Assembly: GCA_000432855.1 (NCBI GenBank)
Contig: HF990868.1
Location: forward strand, 84,534 to 148,533
Length of the DNA stretch: 64,000 nucleotides
Source of the DNA: Firmicutes bacterium CAG:822
GTDB lineage: Bacteria > Bacillota_I > Bacilli_A > RF39 > UBA660
Direction: 5' to 3'
Part shown: positions 1-9,826 of the stretch, piece by piece
How the letters are laid out: every line of letters begins with the position of its first letter
Position numbering within the stretch: position 1 is the stretch's first letter
Position numbers and translations under genes: made by a program
The notes under the pieces: model-generated
The model's database searches: none
What the model saw: only the letters and a program-made list of their open reading frames with translations
What the model was told of the DNA's origin: nothing

Positions 1-165
1 GACATTTTATTACCTCCATTATTTTCCCCTTAAAAATTTTGAAAATAAGGTAAATCATTAGCATTTTGTAGCATTCAAGTACGTTTAATTCCTTGAAAAA
101 TAAAGGAAAATAAAACATATATATAATGGTACGTTATCCTGTTTTCCCGACCATTTTTTTGTTTA

Positions 166-196
166 TAAAGCCCTAATTGAATAAGGGCTTTTATAA
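166..196. terminator. putative hairpin terminator (AAAGCCCT..AGGGCTTT)
   Basis: Inverted repeat aaagccct/agggcttt with a short T tract, in the intergenic region downstream of the minus-strand ORF 322..639. Confidence 0.35.
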
Positions 197-321
197 TGCC
201 AAAATATTCAGTATAAATAAAGATTGCCGCAACAACATATTAATATTTTTTTGTTGACAACGCATTGGCACCACACCTATTGATATTTTTATTAATTTTA
301 CTATCAAAAAAGCTAATTAAA

Positions 322-639
322 TTAGCTCTTTTCAATATCAACAATATCTGTTAAAGGTATTAGTTCATTATCGATTGTAATTAAATGAGTCGCATTCCTA
401 CCGACAATTCTTTTGGTTACAACCCCGTCTTTTAAAGTAAGTTTAACATCAGCTTTATAAATATAACTAGATGAATTAAATATTTCATTTAATTTTTGAT
501 TAACATTTTTTCCTTTCAACTTGGAAGGGGTTTCCACAGTCCTTTCTTCTTTATTATCAAAAGAACAATATACATCTTCATTATTTCCAGCTTTACCTTC
601 GATCTTATTCGCAAATACCTTTGGTAATTTCTTTTCCAC
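322..639 (-). CDS. hypothetical protein
   Basis: 105-aa ORF with coding-like composition and no recognisable motif. Confidence 0.45.
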   Translation of the reverse strand: MEKKLPKVFANKIEGKAGNNEDVYCSFDNKEERTVETPSKLKGKNVNQKLNEIFNSSSYIYKADVKLTLKDGVVTKRIVGRNATHLITIDNELIPLTDIVDIEKS

Positions 640-673
640 AATATCACCTCTAAATAATCATATGAATTAAAAT

Positions 674-1510
674 TTATAATTTGCTAAAAAAGATATTTAT
701 TTTTTTAGTTATCCAAGTTCCAAATACAAATAAACAAATACCTATAATAATATCTGTGATGGAAAATACTTGACTAAAAGCATCCTCTAACATAATCACC
801 AACGATGCACTCATAAATCCTAAGACACCCGTATAAGCCATCACCTTTTTATTATCAAAAAGCCATGTTATTAATTTAGAAATCAAAATTGTACTAATAA
901 TAAATCCGCTGAAAAACAATAGTAGAGTAGTGACATCAATATTAAAATTAGTTATACTTTCAAAAATAGATAGTAATGTTTCGTACCACCCTAAAGCCAT
1001 AAATATGGCCGTACCACTAACTCCCGGGATAATTGTTGTTAGAGATTCAATTACTCCTATCAAGAAATAGATAAAATTTTTGCCAGCAGTAATGTTTTCA
1101 CCACCATTTAAATTAACTAAAAAGTAAAGTACCGTAAAAGACACTATAAAAACAAAAACAATTTTAACATTAATTTTATTTTTAGTAATTTCATTAGTTA
1201 TTTCTGGAATGCCGCCAGCAATCAAGCCGATAAATAGTAACATAGTTGGCAGATAATAGGCCTCTAGACACCATTTTACACCTTTGCATAACACCCCAAT
1301 ACCCAAGGCTGCCCCAATAAGCAATGAAACTAAGAATTTCAAGTCATCTAGCTTTATTTGTAAAGGCCTAGACATAATTTTTACAAGCCGTTCATAAACC
1401 CCAAATGAAATAGCAATAATAGCTCCGCTCACTCCCGGAATAATTTTAGCTACTCCAATAATAAATCCTTTGCACATTAACATTAAATATTTCATATTAA
1501 AATATATCAC
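674..1510 (-). CDS. polytopic membrane protein, DUF368-like (duplicated IIPGVSG motif)
   Basis: 278 aa, highly hydrophobic, with two copies of an IIPGVSG(A/T) motif suggesting an inverted-repeat topology like DUF368 / undecaprenyl-phosphate translocase family proteins. Confidence 0.5.
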   Translation of the reverse strand: MIYFNMKYLMLMCKGFIIGVAKIIPGVSGAIIAISFGVYERLVKIMSRPLQIKLDDLKFLVSLLIGAALGIGVLCKGVKWCLEAYYLPTMLLFIGLIAGGIPEITNEITKNKINVKIVFVFIVSFTVLYFLVNLNGGENITAGKNFIYFLIGVIESLTTIIPGVSGTAIFMALGWYETLLSIFESITNFNIDVTTLLLFFSGFIISTILISKLITWLFDNKKVMAYTGVLGFMSASLVIMLEDAFSQVFSITDIIIGICLFVFGTWITKKINIFFSKL

Positions 1511-1689
1511 TTAAATAAAACAAATATTACTAGCAAAAATATTCGTATAGGCAGAATATATATGCGTTTAAGCAATAATTTGTAAATTCAAAACAAAAGA
1601 GGGCACATTTAAGCAAAAGACTAAATACATTTATAATGGAATGGTATACTCACTCGTGCAGTAGGTAGTATTTTAGAAAGGAAAAGAAT

Positions 1690-2307
1690 ATGGATAATGA
1701 TAAATTACTATCATCACTAAGCGAACACATTGCCTATTGGTATACTAGTATAAAAGGAGAAAAAGATATTGTCTTTCCAATTAATAATGTGATTAAAGAA
1801 AGAGCTAATCAAATCTTTAGAAATAGATATCACGATGCTAATACGATTATTAGTGAAAATGGTGATATATATAAAATTTCTGTAGAAGTATGCTGTGAAA
1901 GTAATGTATGGTCATATGTCTATTATTTAGATGATATGAAAAAAAACTATCGATTAAAACGTATTTGCAAGGAAATCCTTCCTTATGATTTAAGTGATAC
2001 TAATATTGATAAATTGAACAAAATTATTAAGTTAAAAATTCCTTGTGAAATTCTAACCGTTGAAATTGAACCAGAAAATATAAGTAAGTTAAAAGAAATA
2101 ATTTATCCTTATTTAAAGTGCTACACATATATAAATAGCCGAAAGAGAAAGATTATTGCTTATCCCGATGTTATTGCATATGGAAATAACCAAGTAAAGA
2201 TTCTTCTCAATTATTATCACCACCACCATATGGAAAAGCAAATCAAAAAAATAAAAAAAGCTATATTAAAATATAAAGAGGTTGACATTACTGTTCAAAA
2301 TGTTTAA
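1690..2307 (+). CDS. hypothetical protein (His-run near C-terminus)
   Basis: 205-aa ORF with an HHHH run and no recognisable domain. Confidence 0.45.
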   Translation: MDNDKLLSSLSEHIAYWYTSIKGEKDIVFPINNVIKERANQIFRNRYHDANTIISENGDIYKISVEVCCESNVWSYVYYLDDMKKNYRLKRICKEILPYDLSDTNIDKLNKIIKLKIPCEILTVEIEPENISKLKEIIYPYLKCYTYINSRKRKIIAYPDVIAYGNNQVKILLNYYHHHHMEKQIKKIKKAILKYKEVDITVQNV

Positions 2308-2361
2308 ACGGCAGATAATCTCTTTTTATTTTCATAAAATTTGATGATATAATTAAAATGG

Positions 2362-3846
2362 GTGATAAAAATGCAACAAGTAGTTACAAAAGAAGTTATG
2401 AAAAATAGTGATAAATATACAATCGAGCACAAATGCTCATCTATAGAACTTATGAATAAAGCAGCTGAAGCAGTCATGAATAGTTATCCTTTTAAAGGCA
2501 AAGTCTTAATTGTTACAGGTACTGGTAATAATGCAGGTGACGGTTATGCTTTAGCTCTTCTTCTAAATAAAGCTCATATTGAAGTTAATATTTTACAAAC
2601 GAAAGCAGAATATTCTAATGACGGAAAATACTATTATGATTTATGTCAAAAAAATAATATAAAAACTTTTTTATATAATGGCACATTTAATTTTAAAAAT
2701 TATGATGTACTAGTTGATGCTATATATGGGATTGGTTTTCATGGTGAGATGCCAGAAGAAAATTCAAATATAATCAATAGAATGAATGAAAGCCACATCC
2801 CAATTGTAAGTATTGATATAAATAGTGGTTTAGACGCTGACAACGGTCTAGCTAAGACATGCATTCATTCCACTCTTACAGTATCTATTGGAGCTTTAAA
2901 TCCAGGTCACCTTTTAAATATGGCTAAAGACAACATTGATAAATTGGTCAATCAAAACATTGGTATTGATATTGTGGATGAACATTACTATCTATTAGAA
3001 CATGAAGAATTTAAAGAATTTTTACCTAAAAGGAAAAACTTTAGTCATAAAGGTACCTATGGTTTAGTCGGAATATTGGGCGGTTCACTAAAGTATAGTG
3101 GCTCTGTTAAATTAGCTAGTCTAAGCTTATCCGCATTAACATCAGGTGCTGGTGTATCGAGATTAATTGTCCCAAATACTATAACAAAAAGCCTTCTTTT
3201 ATATGTTTTGGAAAGTACAATTTTTCCAATCGATGACGATAAAGGGCAGATGGTTTTTAATCCTAAAGAAATAGATAAAGCCTTAGAAAAAGTAACCGCT
3301 CTTTTAATCGGTATTGGATGGGATCAAAATCCAAATAATGAGAAAATATTAACATATATATTAGAGAACTATAATTTTCCAATTGTTATTGATGCCGATG
3401 GTTTAAATATTTTATCTAAAACTAAAAACATTAGACCAAATCTTATATTAACTCCTCATTTAAAAGAGTTTTCTAGACTTACTGGTATAGAAATAGACAC
3501 AATTTCCAAAGATCCTATAACTATAGCCAAAACCTATGCTAAAGAACATAAAATAATTCTTCTTTTAAAAGGACCATCCACTATTATAACTGATGGAAAC
3601 ACGGTTTATTTAATTAATACTGGTTGTAGTGGAATGGCCACTGCTGGCAGTGGTGATGTTTTATCGGGTATTTTAATTGGCCTATTAGGTTATAAAACAC
3701 CAGATATCAAAACAGTTGCCTTTGCTGCGTACATCAATGGATTGGCTGGAGAACTAGCTGAAAAGCAAAAGAGTAGTGTTAGTATGTTGGCTAGAGATAC
3801 AGCTTCATGTTTAGCTAAAGCTATCAAACCATATATTCAAAAGTAA
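2362..3846 (+). CDS. nnr: bifunctional NAD(P)H-hydrate repair enzyme (YjeF-N epimerase + YjeF-C ADP-dependent dehydratase)
   Basis: N-terminal GTGNNAGDGYALA (YjeF-N) and C-terminal GSGDVLSG carbohydrate-kinase-like motif (YjeF-C); 494 aa. Confidence 0.88.
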   Translation: MIKMQQVVTKEVMKNSDKYTIEHKCSSIELMNKAAEAVMNSYPFKGKVLIVTGTGNNAGDGYALALLLNKAHIEVNILQTKAEYSNDGKYYYDLCQKNNIKTFLYNGTFNFKNYDVLVDAIYGIGFHGEMPEENSNIINRMNESHIPIVSIDINSGLDADNGLAKTCIHSTLTVSIGALNPGHLLNMAKDNIDKLVNQNIGIDIVDEHYYLLEHEEFKEFLPKRKNFSHKGTYGLVGILGGSLKYSGSVKLASLSLSALTSGAGVSRLIVPNTITKSLLLYVLESTIFPIDDDKGQMVFNPKEIDKALEKVTALLIGIGWDQNPNNEKILTYILENYNFPIVIDADGLNILSKTKNIRPNLILTPHLKEFSRLTGIEIDTISKDPITIAKTYAKEHKIILLLKGPSTIITDGNTVYLINTGCSGMATAGSGDVLSGILIGLLGYKTPDIKTVAFAAYINGLAGELAEKQKSSVSMLARDTASCLAKAIKPYIQK

Positions 3847-3943
3847 AGCAAAACTAAGCATTTTCACTAAAATTTCACGGCATATTATTGCTTATAAAAC
3901 AATAAATATGTTATTATATTAAAGGAAAGAAGAGGTACAGAAT

Positions 3944-4798
3944 ATGAATGAAAATAAAAGAATGTTAATTTTTTTCATTTCGGTAGTTTTAGTTATAGCT
4001 GTTATCCTAGTTATAGCTTTTTGGCCACAATCTGATACAACGTTTGCCTGTGGAGTAAAAGCCGATAGTGATTATAGTAGATTAGGCAGTGTAAACTATG
4101 AACAATATAGTTGTTTAATGGAACAAGATGATAAAATTGCTCTTGTTGTTTCTGACGGTTTAAACGATGATGAAAAGAAATCGCTTAACGATGTTGCTGA
4201 AAGGATAAGTAAAAGCATTTATTATTTAAGTGATGAAGTATCTAATACAGATTTAAATAATATTAAAGATGACTTAAAAACAGATGAAGTTTCTTACGAT
4301 AACCCAAGTCTAGTCATCATTGAAAATGGAAAAGTTACTGATGGTATAGATAAAAATTTAGATAATAGTGATGATGTCTATGATTTCTTGCAAGACGCTG
4401 GTTTTGCTAAATTTGCTTGTAATGCCACAAGTGATTCCGAATACGAAAATCTTTCGAGATTGACATATGATCAATATCAATGTCTATATGATAGTGGAGA
4501 ACCATTTGTTATGATTCTTACTCAATCTACATGTAGCTATTGTGCACAGTTCTTACCAGTAATTAATGAATATGCTGGTGAAAATAATCTCCCAGTTTAC
4601 TTCTTAGAAATTGATACTATGGATTCAGATGATCTTCAATCAGTCTTTTCTTCATTAAGTTACTTTAGTGATAACTCTGATTGGGGTACACCACTTACTT
4701 TAGGAATTAAAGATAAAGAAGTTGTAACAGAACTTAGTGGTTATACTGATGATACATCATCAATCGAAAATCTATTTACTGAATTAGGATTAAAATAA
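3944..4798 (+). CDS. membrane-anchored thioredoxin-fold protein with internal tandem duplication
   Basis: N-terminal TM helix, then two ~120-aa modules both beginning FAC(G/N)..Y(E/D)QY(S/Q)CL. Only the second keeps a CSYC redox motif. Confidence 0.5.
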   Translation: MNENKRMLIFFISVVLVIAVILVIAFWPQSDTTFACGVKADSDYSRLGSVNYEQYSCLMEQDDKIALVVSDGLNDDEKKSLNDVAERISKSIYYLSDEVSNTDLNNIKDDLKTDEVSYDNPSLVIIENGKVTDGIDKNLDNSDDVYDFLQDAGFAKFACNATSDSEYENLSRLTYDQYQCLYDSGEPFVMILTQSTCSYCAQFLPVINEYAGENNLPVYFLEIDTMDSDDLQSVFSSLSYFSDNSDWGTPLTLGIKDKEVVTELSGYTDDTSSIENLFTELGLK

Positions 4799-4821
4799 TG
4801 AGCAAAAGCTCATTATTTTTT
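4798..4821 (+). terminator. rho-independent terminator (ATGAGC-aaaa-GCTCAT + T tract)
   Basis: Perfect 6-bp stem followed by tattttttc directly after the stop of 3944..4798. Confidence 0.6.
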
Positions 4822-4822
4822 C

Positions 4823-4847
4823 ACAAAAAAAGCATCTATAAATGCTT
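4823..4847 (-). terminator. rho-independent terminator for the minus-strand lipoprotein gene
   Basis: AAGCAT/ATGCTT stem; on the minus strand it is followed by a run of 7 U. Confidence 0.55.
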
Positions 4848-5277
4848 ATTTACAACTATATCCATCTTCTTCTAGAGATTCTTTAACTTGGTCAAATGAA
4901 GAATTATCCGCAATCCCTAAACTTTGTTTAACATCATCACTCATTTTATTGTAATCACCAGATACAGTGACAGATATATTATTATCATCAACTGTAGTAT
5001 TATATTCTAAACCATCTTCTTCAGTATAATCTTTAAATGGTTCTTCTAAACTTTCAACCAGTGTATCTGCATAATCTTTATATTCATCTTTAAGTGCAAT
5101 TGACATAGTCGCTTCATATGACTTAATTTTATTATTATCGAAAGTAATCAATTGTACCTCTTTAGTCTTACCGGCATCAATTTCTTCTTCTTTAGTGCAG
5201 CTTAGTGATTTACTATCACATCCAGTAAGTAATAATCCAAAAATAAAAAATATCGCTAATAATTTAGTCTTTTTCAT
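4846..5277 (-). CDS. lipoprotein, function unknown
   Basis: Signal peptide with LLTGC lipobox; acidic mature region. Confidence 0.6.
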   Translation of the reverse strand: MKKTKLLAIFFIFGLLLTGCDSKSLSCTKEEEIDAGKTKEVQLITFDNNKIKSYEATMSIALKDEYKDYADTLVESLEEPFKDYTEEDGLEYNTTVDDNNISVTVSGDYNKMSDDVKQSLGIADNSSFDQVKESLEEDGYSCK

Positions 5278-5319
5278 TAAATCACCCTAAATTAAGTATA
5301 GCGACAAATTTAATTTTAA

Positions 5320-5661
5320 TCAATAAGTTTTCGTAAAATACAATTTAATTTTAACTAAATTTGTATTAATATATTTATTTTTAATACCATAGTCAAAGAT
5401 ATTTTTAAGCAAATTCATAATTTTTCTAATATAACTTTGGCTATATAAATGACCGTTATAAGTTCTGTTTGTTAAATACATATAAAAATAATCAATATCA
5501 TTGCTAGTCAAATCTTTAATGCACTTATATCCTAAAATATCTTTAATAAAATTATTATAAATTCTATCATAATTTTCTTTACATCTATGATTGTGTATCA
5601 TTTCCTTATAAACCTGATTTAAAGTCTTATCTCCCCCTGAAACAGCAAATTTTACTATCAT
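5320..5661 (-). pseudogene. tyrosine integrase N-terminal (SAM-like core-binding) domain fragment; catalytic domain absent
   Basis: 113-aa ORF with the typical integrase N-terminal pattern (..LNQVYKEMIHNHRCKENYDRIYNNFIKDILGYKCIKDLTSNDIDYFYMYL..YSQSYIRKIMNLLKNIFDYG). It ends 40 bp before the next gene with no room for a catalytic domain. Confidence 0.5.
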
Positions 5662-5804
5662 TTTTACTACTCCTTCTACTACTAAATTAATTTTAAATTA
5701 TTCTTTCTAAATCTATCACAACCTTTACTGCAATAACAATTGTATCATACAAAATCTTCTTCGTTAGCACATAACAAAAAAGACTACATGAAATCTCAAA
5801 AATA

Positions 5805-6536
5805 TTACATGAAATGTATTTGAGTTTGCTGTAATCTTATTTTTTTTATAAAGCTATCTGAAAGTAAATTAATAGTCATCCCGTTTTTAAATTTTATAAT
5901 TTTTACAACCGTATCGATATAAATTACTTGCTCATGATTTATGATACAGCTTCTATGAGAATATTCGAATCTATAATCTAAAATTTGTTTCAATTTTTTA
6001 AGTGTCAATCTAACCTCAGTCATTCCATCACATGTATGGATAATACTTCTTCGCCTCTGGCTATCAGCTTGTATATATATAATGTTTCGCATATCAAATG
6101 TATAAATAATCCCCTGGTCTTTAAATCGAATAACATTGTTTTGAAAACCTAATTTAAATATTTTCTTAAGTTTTTTAAGTAGTTCTTCATGATAATTTTT
6201 TCTTTTAGAAATATAACCTATAAACATCGTGTCACTACTAACAACTTGGCTAATGTATCTAGCTGTATAGCTACTTATAAAAATTAGAAAAGCATTTAAA
6301 TCTTTATTTCTAATCTTTTTAGCCATGTCAATTCCATTTCCATTAGGTGTTTCGATGTCTAAAATATATACTTTATTGTCGAGTTCTTTGCGCATAATAT
6401 CATAAAATTCACTGCCATAATTATTAAAAGCATATATTTTAAAATTGATTTTTTTACTAAGACAAAAATCATTAATAATGTTATAAATTTCCATTAAAAA
6501 AAACTCATTGTCATCACAGATGATAAAATTAATCAT
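5805..6536 (-). CDS. LytTR-family response regulator (REC + LytTR DNA-binding domain), orphan
   Basis: N-terminal receiver (ICDDN...ILDIETPNGNGIDMAKKIR) and C-terminal LytTR (IYIQADSQRRRSIIHT...SHRSCIINHEQVIYID). No histidine kinase gene is adjacent. Confidence 0.8.
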   Translation of the reverse strand: MINFIICDDNEFFLMEIYNIINDFCLSKKINFKIYAFNNYGSEFYDIMRKELDNKVYILDIETPNGNGIDMAKKIRNKDLNAFLIFISSYTARYISQVVSSDTMFIGYISKRKNYHEELLKKLKKIFKLGFQNNVIRFKDQGIIYTFDMRNIIYIQADSQRRRSIIHTCDGMTEVRLTLKKLKQILDYRFEYSHRSCIINHEQVIYIDTVVKIIKFKNGMTINLLSDSFIKKIRLQQTQIHFM

Positions 6537-6662
6537 TTTTCTCGCCCCATACCTATTCGTTAATTAATATAACAGTAATTATTAAATAAAGCAAGAAAAA
6601 ATATATAAGTGAGTAGTTACATATGAAAAAAGTAATTTAATATAATTAAAATAGGTGATAGA

Positions 6663-7322
6663 ATGAAAACAAACTTATCTTTTAACCTAGATAAATTATA
6701 TATAGTAACTGATTTCGATCACACCTTAACTACAAAAGATAGTCAAAATTGTTGGGGTGTACTATCAAGTATTCCAAATGTTAATAAAGAATATATTAAA
6801 AGAAGTCATAAAAATAATGATTATTATCTACCCATTGAACAAGACACTAATCTCGATTACGAAACTAAGAATATGAATATGCAAAGATGGTATACAAACC
6901 ATTTCGATATGTTGATAAAGTATAAAATAAAAGAAATAGAAATTAATGAAATTGGCCAAAGTAAATCCATAATTTTAAGAGATGGTGTAACTGAATTTTT
7001 AAAATTTACAAATAAAAATAATATTCCAGTAATTATAGTTTCAGCTGGTATTTCCAATATAATTGAAAACGTTCTCAAAAGAAATAACTGTTTTTATAAT
7101 AATATTTATATTATTTCCAATATATTTAAATTTAAAGATGGACAAATTAAATCACTAAGAAATCACATAATTCATTCCTTAAATAAAAATGAAATAAATT
7201 TACCAATCAAAATAAAAGAAGTTTTAAAAGATAAAGATGAAGTTATCATTTTAGGTGATAATATAGATGATAGTAAGGTTCATTTAAAAGAAAACAAAAA
7301 AAGCTTACAATTGGTTTTCTAG
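6663..7322 (+). CDS. HAD-superfamily hydrolase, pyrimidine 5'-nucleotidase (cN-III/UMPH-1)-like
   Basis: Motif I IVTDFDHTLT, VSAG and motif IV ILGDNIDD; the cap arrangement resembles the cytosolic 5'-nucleotidase III family. Confidence 0.5.
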   Translation: MKTNLSFNLDKLYIVTDFDHTLTTKDSQNCWGVLSSIPNVNKEYIKRSHKNNDYYLPIEQDTNLDYETKNMNMQRWYTNHFDMLIKYKIKEIEINEIGQSKSIILRDGVTEFLKFTNKNNIPVIIVSAGISNIIENVLKRNNCFYNNIYIISNIFKFKDGQIKSLRNHIIHSLNKNEINLPIKIKEVLKDKDEVIILGDNIDDSKVHLKENKKSLQLVF

Positions 7323-7516
7323 ATTATAATGATTATAATAAATTAAAAAGTTTTCAACAGCACTTTGATATTGTTTACTCTCAAAATTCATCATTTATAA
7401 ATCTAGTAAATATTCTAATAGAAAATAAACCTTCTTAAATACCTTTTATGATAAATAATTGCTTTTACACACAAAAATATATATAATAATTACAATTAAA
7501 TGAAAGGTGTGTTTAT

Positions 7517-8122
7517 ATGCAAGTGGAAAATAAAACGATGTATCACATCCATACCCCAAATAAATATGATGAAATGTGGCAAGAGGGCAATGAGCTCATT
7601 ATAGATGATAACTTCTATTCCGAATGTGGCTTATCAATTCCATATTTCAATACTGATGTTGTCTGTTCAAATGGTAGTTTAATTAGTATAGTTGGTCCTT
7701 TGCGAAAATATTTAGATGAAGGTATAGAAAAATTAACCATGGAAGAAATTAAGACTATATTCGAAGATGTTTATAGAATTTTATATAATAACAACCGAAC
7801 CAAATGTGAGGCCGCATTAGAAATATGCCGAAGAGAAAAGTTTAAATTATGTCCCAGTAGACTTCATTCACTATGGGTAACCGATAAAGATAATTTAGAT
7901 TATTGGCTAAATATTTTAAATGGGAAGGAAATATATGAACTAAACTTAACAGGCACTTTATTTAAAACTAGTGATATTTATATTCCAGATGATAATTTAT
8001 CTTTAGTTCAAGCAATTAAAGCAGCTGAATCTTACTGGAATCCAAATTTTACTGAAGAAGCCGAAGAAAAGAAAGAATATTTATTTCAGGGAACAGCCTT
8101 AATAAAAAGAAAAATTAAATAA
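7517..8122 (+). CDS. hypothetical protein (first gene of a 3-gene + strand cluster)
   Basis: 201-aa ORF, no recognised domain. It sits 23 bp upstream of the ASCH gene. Confidence 0.5.
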   Translation: MQVENKTMYHIHTPNKYDEMWQEGNELIIDDNFYSECGLSIPYFNTDVVCSNGSLISIVGPLRKYLDEGIEKLTMEEIKTIFEDVYRILYNNNRTKCEAALEICRREKFKLCPSRLHSLWVTDKDNLDYWLNILNGKEIYELNLTGTLFKTSDIYIPDDNLSLVQAIKAAESYWNPNFTEEAEEKKEYLFQGTALIKRKIK

Positions 8123-8145
8123 GCTAATTTATAATAGGTGGTAAA

Positions 8146-8565
8146 ATGAAGGCATTAACAATTCAAGAGCCGTATGCAACATTTATAATGCAAGGGTTAA
8201 AAAAGATAGAAACCCGTAGTTGGAAAACCAATTACCGAGGAGAAATATATATTCATGCTGGCAAATCCAAACAATTCTTAAAAACGATAGATAATGAGCA
8301 AGTGCTATCATTAGTAAAACAGAATAATATGAACTATGGTAAAATCATTTGTAAGACTGAACTTGTAGATTGCATATATATGACAGAAGAATTTATAGAA
8401 TATATAAAAATTAATTATCCAGAAGAATATAAATTAGCTATATATAAAGTGGGAAGATATGCTTGGGTTTTAAAAAATACTAAAAAATTAAATACTAAAA
8501 TACCCACCAAAGGTAAATTAAACATATGGACTTATAATAAAAATGAGGTTAAATATGGAAGATAA
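8146..8565 (+). CDS. ASCH (PUA-like) domain protein
   Basis: N-terminal MKALTIQEPYATFIMQGLKKIETRSW matches the ASCH-domain opening; 139 aa. Confidence 0.7.
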   Translation: MKALTIQEPYATFIMQGLKKIETRSWKTNYRGEIYIHAGKSKQFLKTIDNEQVLSLVKQNNMNYGKIICKTELVDCIYMTEEFIEYIKINYPEEYKLAIYKVGRYAWVLKNTKKLNTKIPTKGKLNIWTYNKNEVKYGR

Positions 8566-9122
8566 AATATGTATATCATGGAAGTTCACAACAAGGATTA
8601 AAAATAATCAAAAAGAATAAAAGCACTCATGGTAAGCCATGGGTATATGCAACGTTATCCAAAACAATTTCTACAATTTTTATAAGCAATAAAGGTAGTG
8701 ATTTATATTACTATTTAAATGGTGATGGAGCAGAAAATAACCCAGTAATTCTAGTAGAAAGAAAAGAAAATATGTTTAAAGATATTTTTAACGTTTCAGG
8801 TTCACTTTATACATTAAGTGGCAAAAACTTTATTTCTGGAAAAACTGGGTGGCCAGCCGAAGTAGTTAGTGAATTTGATGAAGATATTATTCACGAAGAA
8901 AATATAGATAATGTTTTTGAAAAACTTAAAGAATTAAATGACAAAGGAGAATTACAACTCTACTTATATCCTAATAGGCCAACTTTTATTCCGAAAGATA
9001 ATAGTGATTTAATTCATAAAGTCATAAGCTGGGGGAAAAGAGGCATAAACATAGACCAATTTTTTAAATTATACCCAGAATTAAAAGAACAATATTTAAA
9101 TCAATTAAAAAAAGAAAAATAA
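8555..9122 (+). pseudogene. hypothetical protein, frameshifted at an A4 run (8564-8567); ATG 8555 overlaps the ASCH gene stop
   Basis: A stop-free frame from 8553 encodes ..KYVYHGSSQQGLKIIKKNKSTHGKPW.. continuous with ORF 8772..9122, but has no in-frame ATG/GTG/TTG. ATG at 8555 (ATGGAAGATAA overlap) is one A out of frame. Confidence 0.4.
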
Positions 9123-9166
9123 ATTCATCTTCTTTTCGTTTCACAAAATAATTTTATGTTATAGCA

Positions 9167-9493
9167 TTAATAATACCAATTTTTAAACAAATTGGTGTTT
9201 TTCTCTCTTTCTTTTCTTTTTTTCCTATTTTCATCTCTCAATTTTTCGACATACTTGATATGATTTTTCTTTTTTAATTCAAAACATATAGGATCAAATA
9301 AATTAATTAAATCAAATAGATCATCATATTTTTGATCTAAATAATTTAAATCATTATCAATTTTATCAATAAATTCATTAGTAATATTATCATCATTTAA
9401 TATTTCATTAATTCTTTTGATTAAATCTTGAATTAAAGTAAAATCATCATCATATTGAGTATCGTTTTCTAGACTTTTCAAAATGTCTAGCAT
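9167..9493 (-). CDS. small acidic protein with basic KR-rich tail (paralog 1)
   Basis: 108 aa; ~85% identical to 10878..11186, and the upstream promoter region is duplicated with it. Confidence 0.55.
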   Translation of the reverse strand: MLDILKSLENDTQYDDDFTLIQDLIKRINEILNDDNITNEFIDKIDNDLNYLDQKYDDLFDLINLFDPICFELKKKNHIKYVEKLRDENRKKRKEREKNTNLFKNWYY

Positions 9494-9636
9494 TTTGTTT
9501 AAACTTTCTTCTATAATGTTTATCTCCTCCTTCCTCCTTATAAATTTATAAACATATTAACACTTCTTGTTATAAAGCTCAATGTTACATTATGATAGAA
9601 AAAAATTTTAAAAAAGTGATATAAATGTGGTATTGT

Positions 9637-9693
9637 AAAATAAAAACCCTTATAAAATAAGGACTAAACCACTAAATTGGTGGAGAATAGGAG
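9637..9693 (-). repeat. partial copy of the tRNA-Ala 3' end (16 nt) plus its terminator hairpin; direct repeat of 12031..12087
   Basis: 54 of 57 nt identical to 12031-12087, including the cccttat/ataaggg hairpin and ttggtggagaataggag (tRNA 3' end incl. CCA). Confidence 0.8.
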
Positions 9694-9826
9694 TTTTCTT
9701 TATAAGATTTAATAAAAATTAAAAAGTTTGTTTTTCCTTTATTTTTAAGCATTTTCGTTTACTTTTTTTTAAAAGATTTAATGTGAATTTTTTTAAAATT
9801 AAGGAAAAAGTGATAAAAAAGTGATA

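Noticed and set aside
6857-7078. 73-aa minus-strand ORF inside the HAD hydrolase gene, and similar short antisense ORFs throughout
   Set aside because: This applies also to 10227..10418, 12562..12798, 15470..15664, 17273..17506, 17528..17791, 19242..19424, 21342..21569, 23821..24123, 25736..25939, 30758..30985, 33376..33612, 36453..36713, 45463..45747, 46349..46558, 46829..47089, 51921..52112, 53583..53765, 54263..54505, 56016..56276, 56587..56856, 57481..57666, 57937..58149, 58319..58516, 58903..59175 and 61431..61628. All are embedded antisense or out of frame within better-supported genes and lack an RBS.
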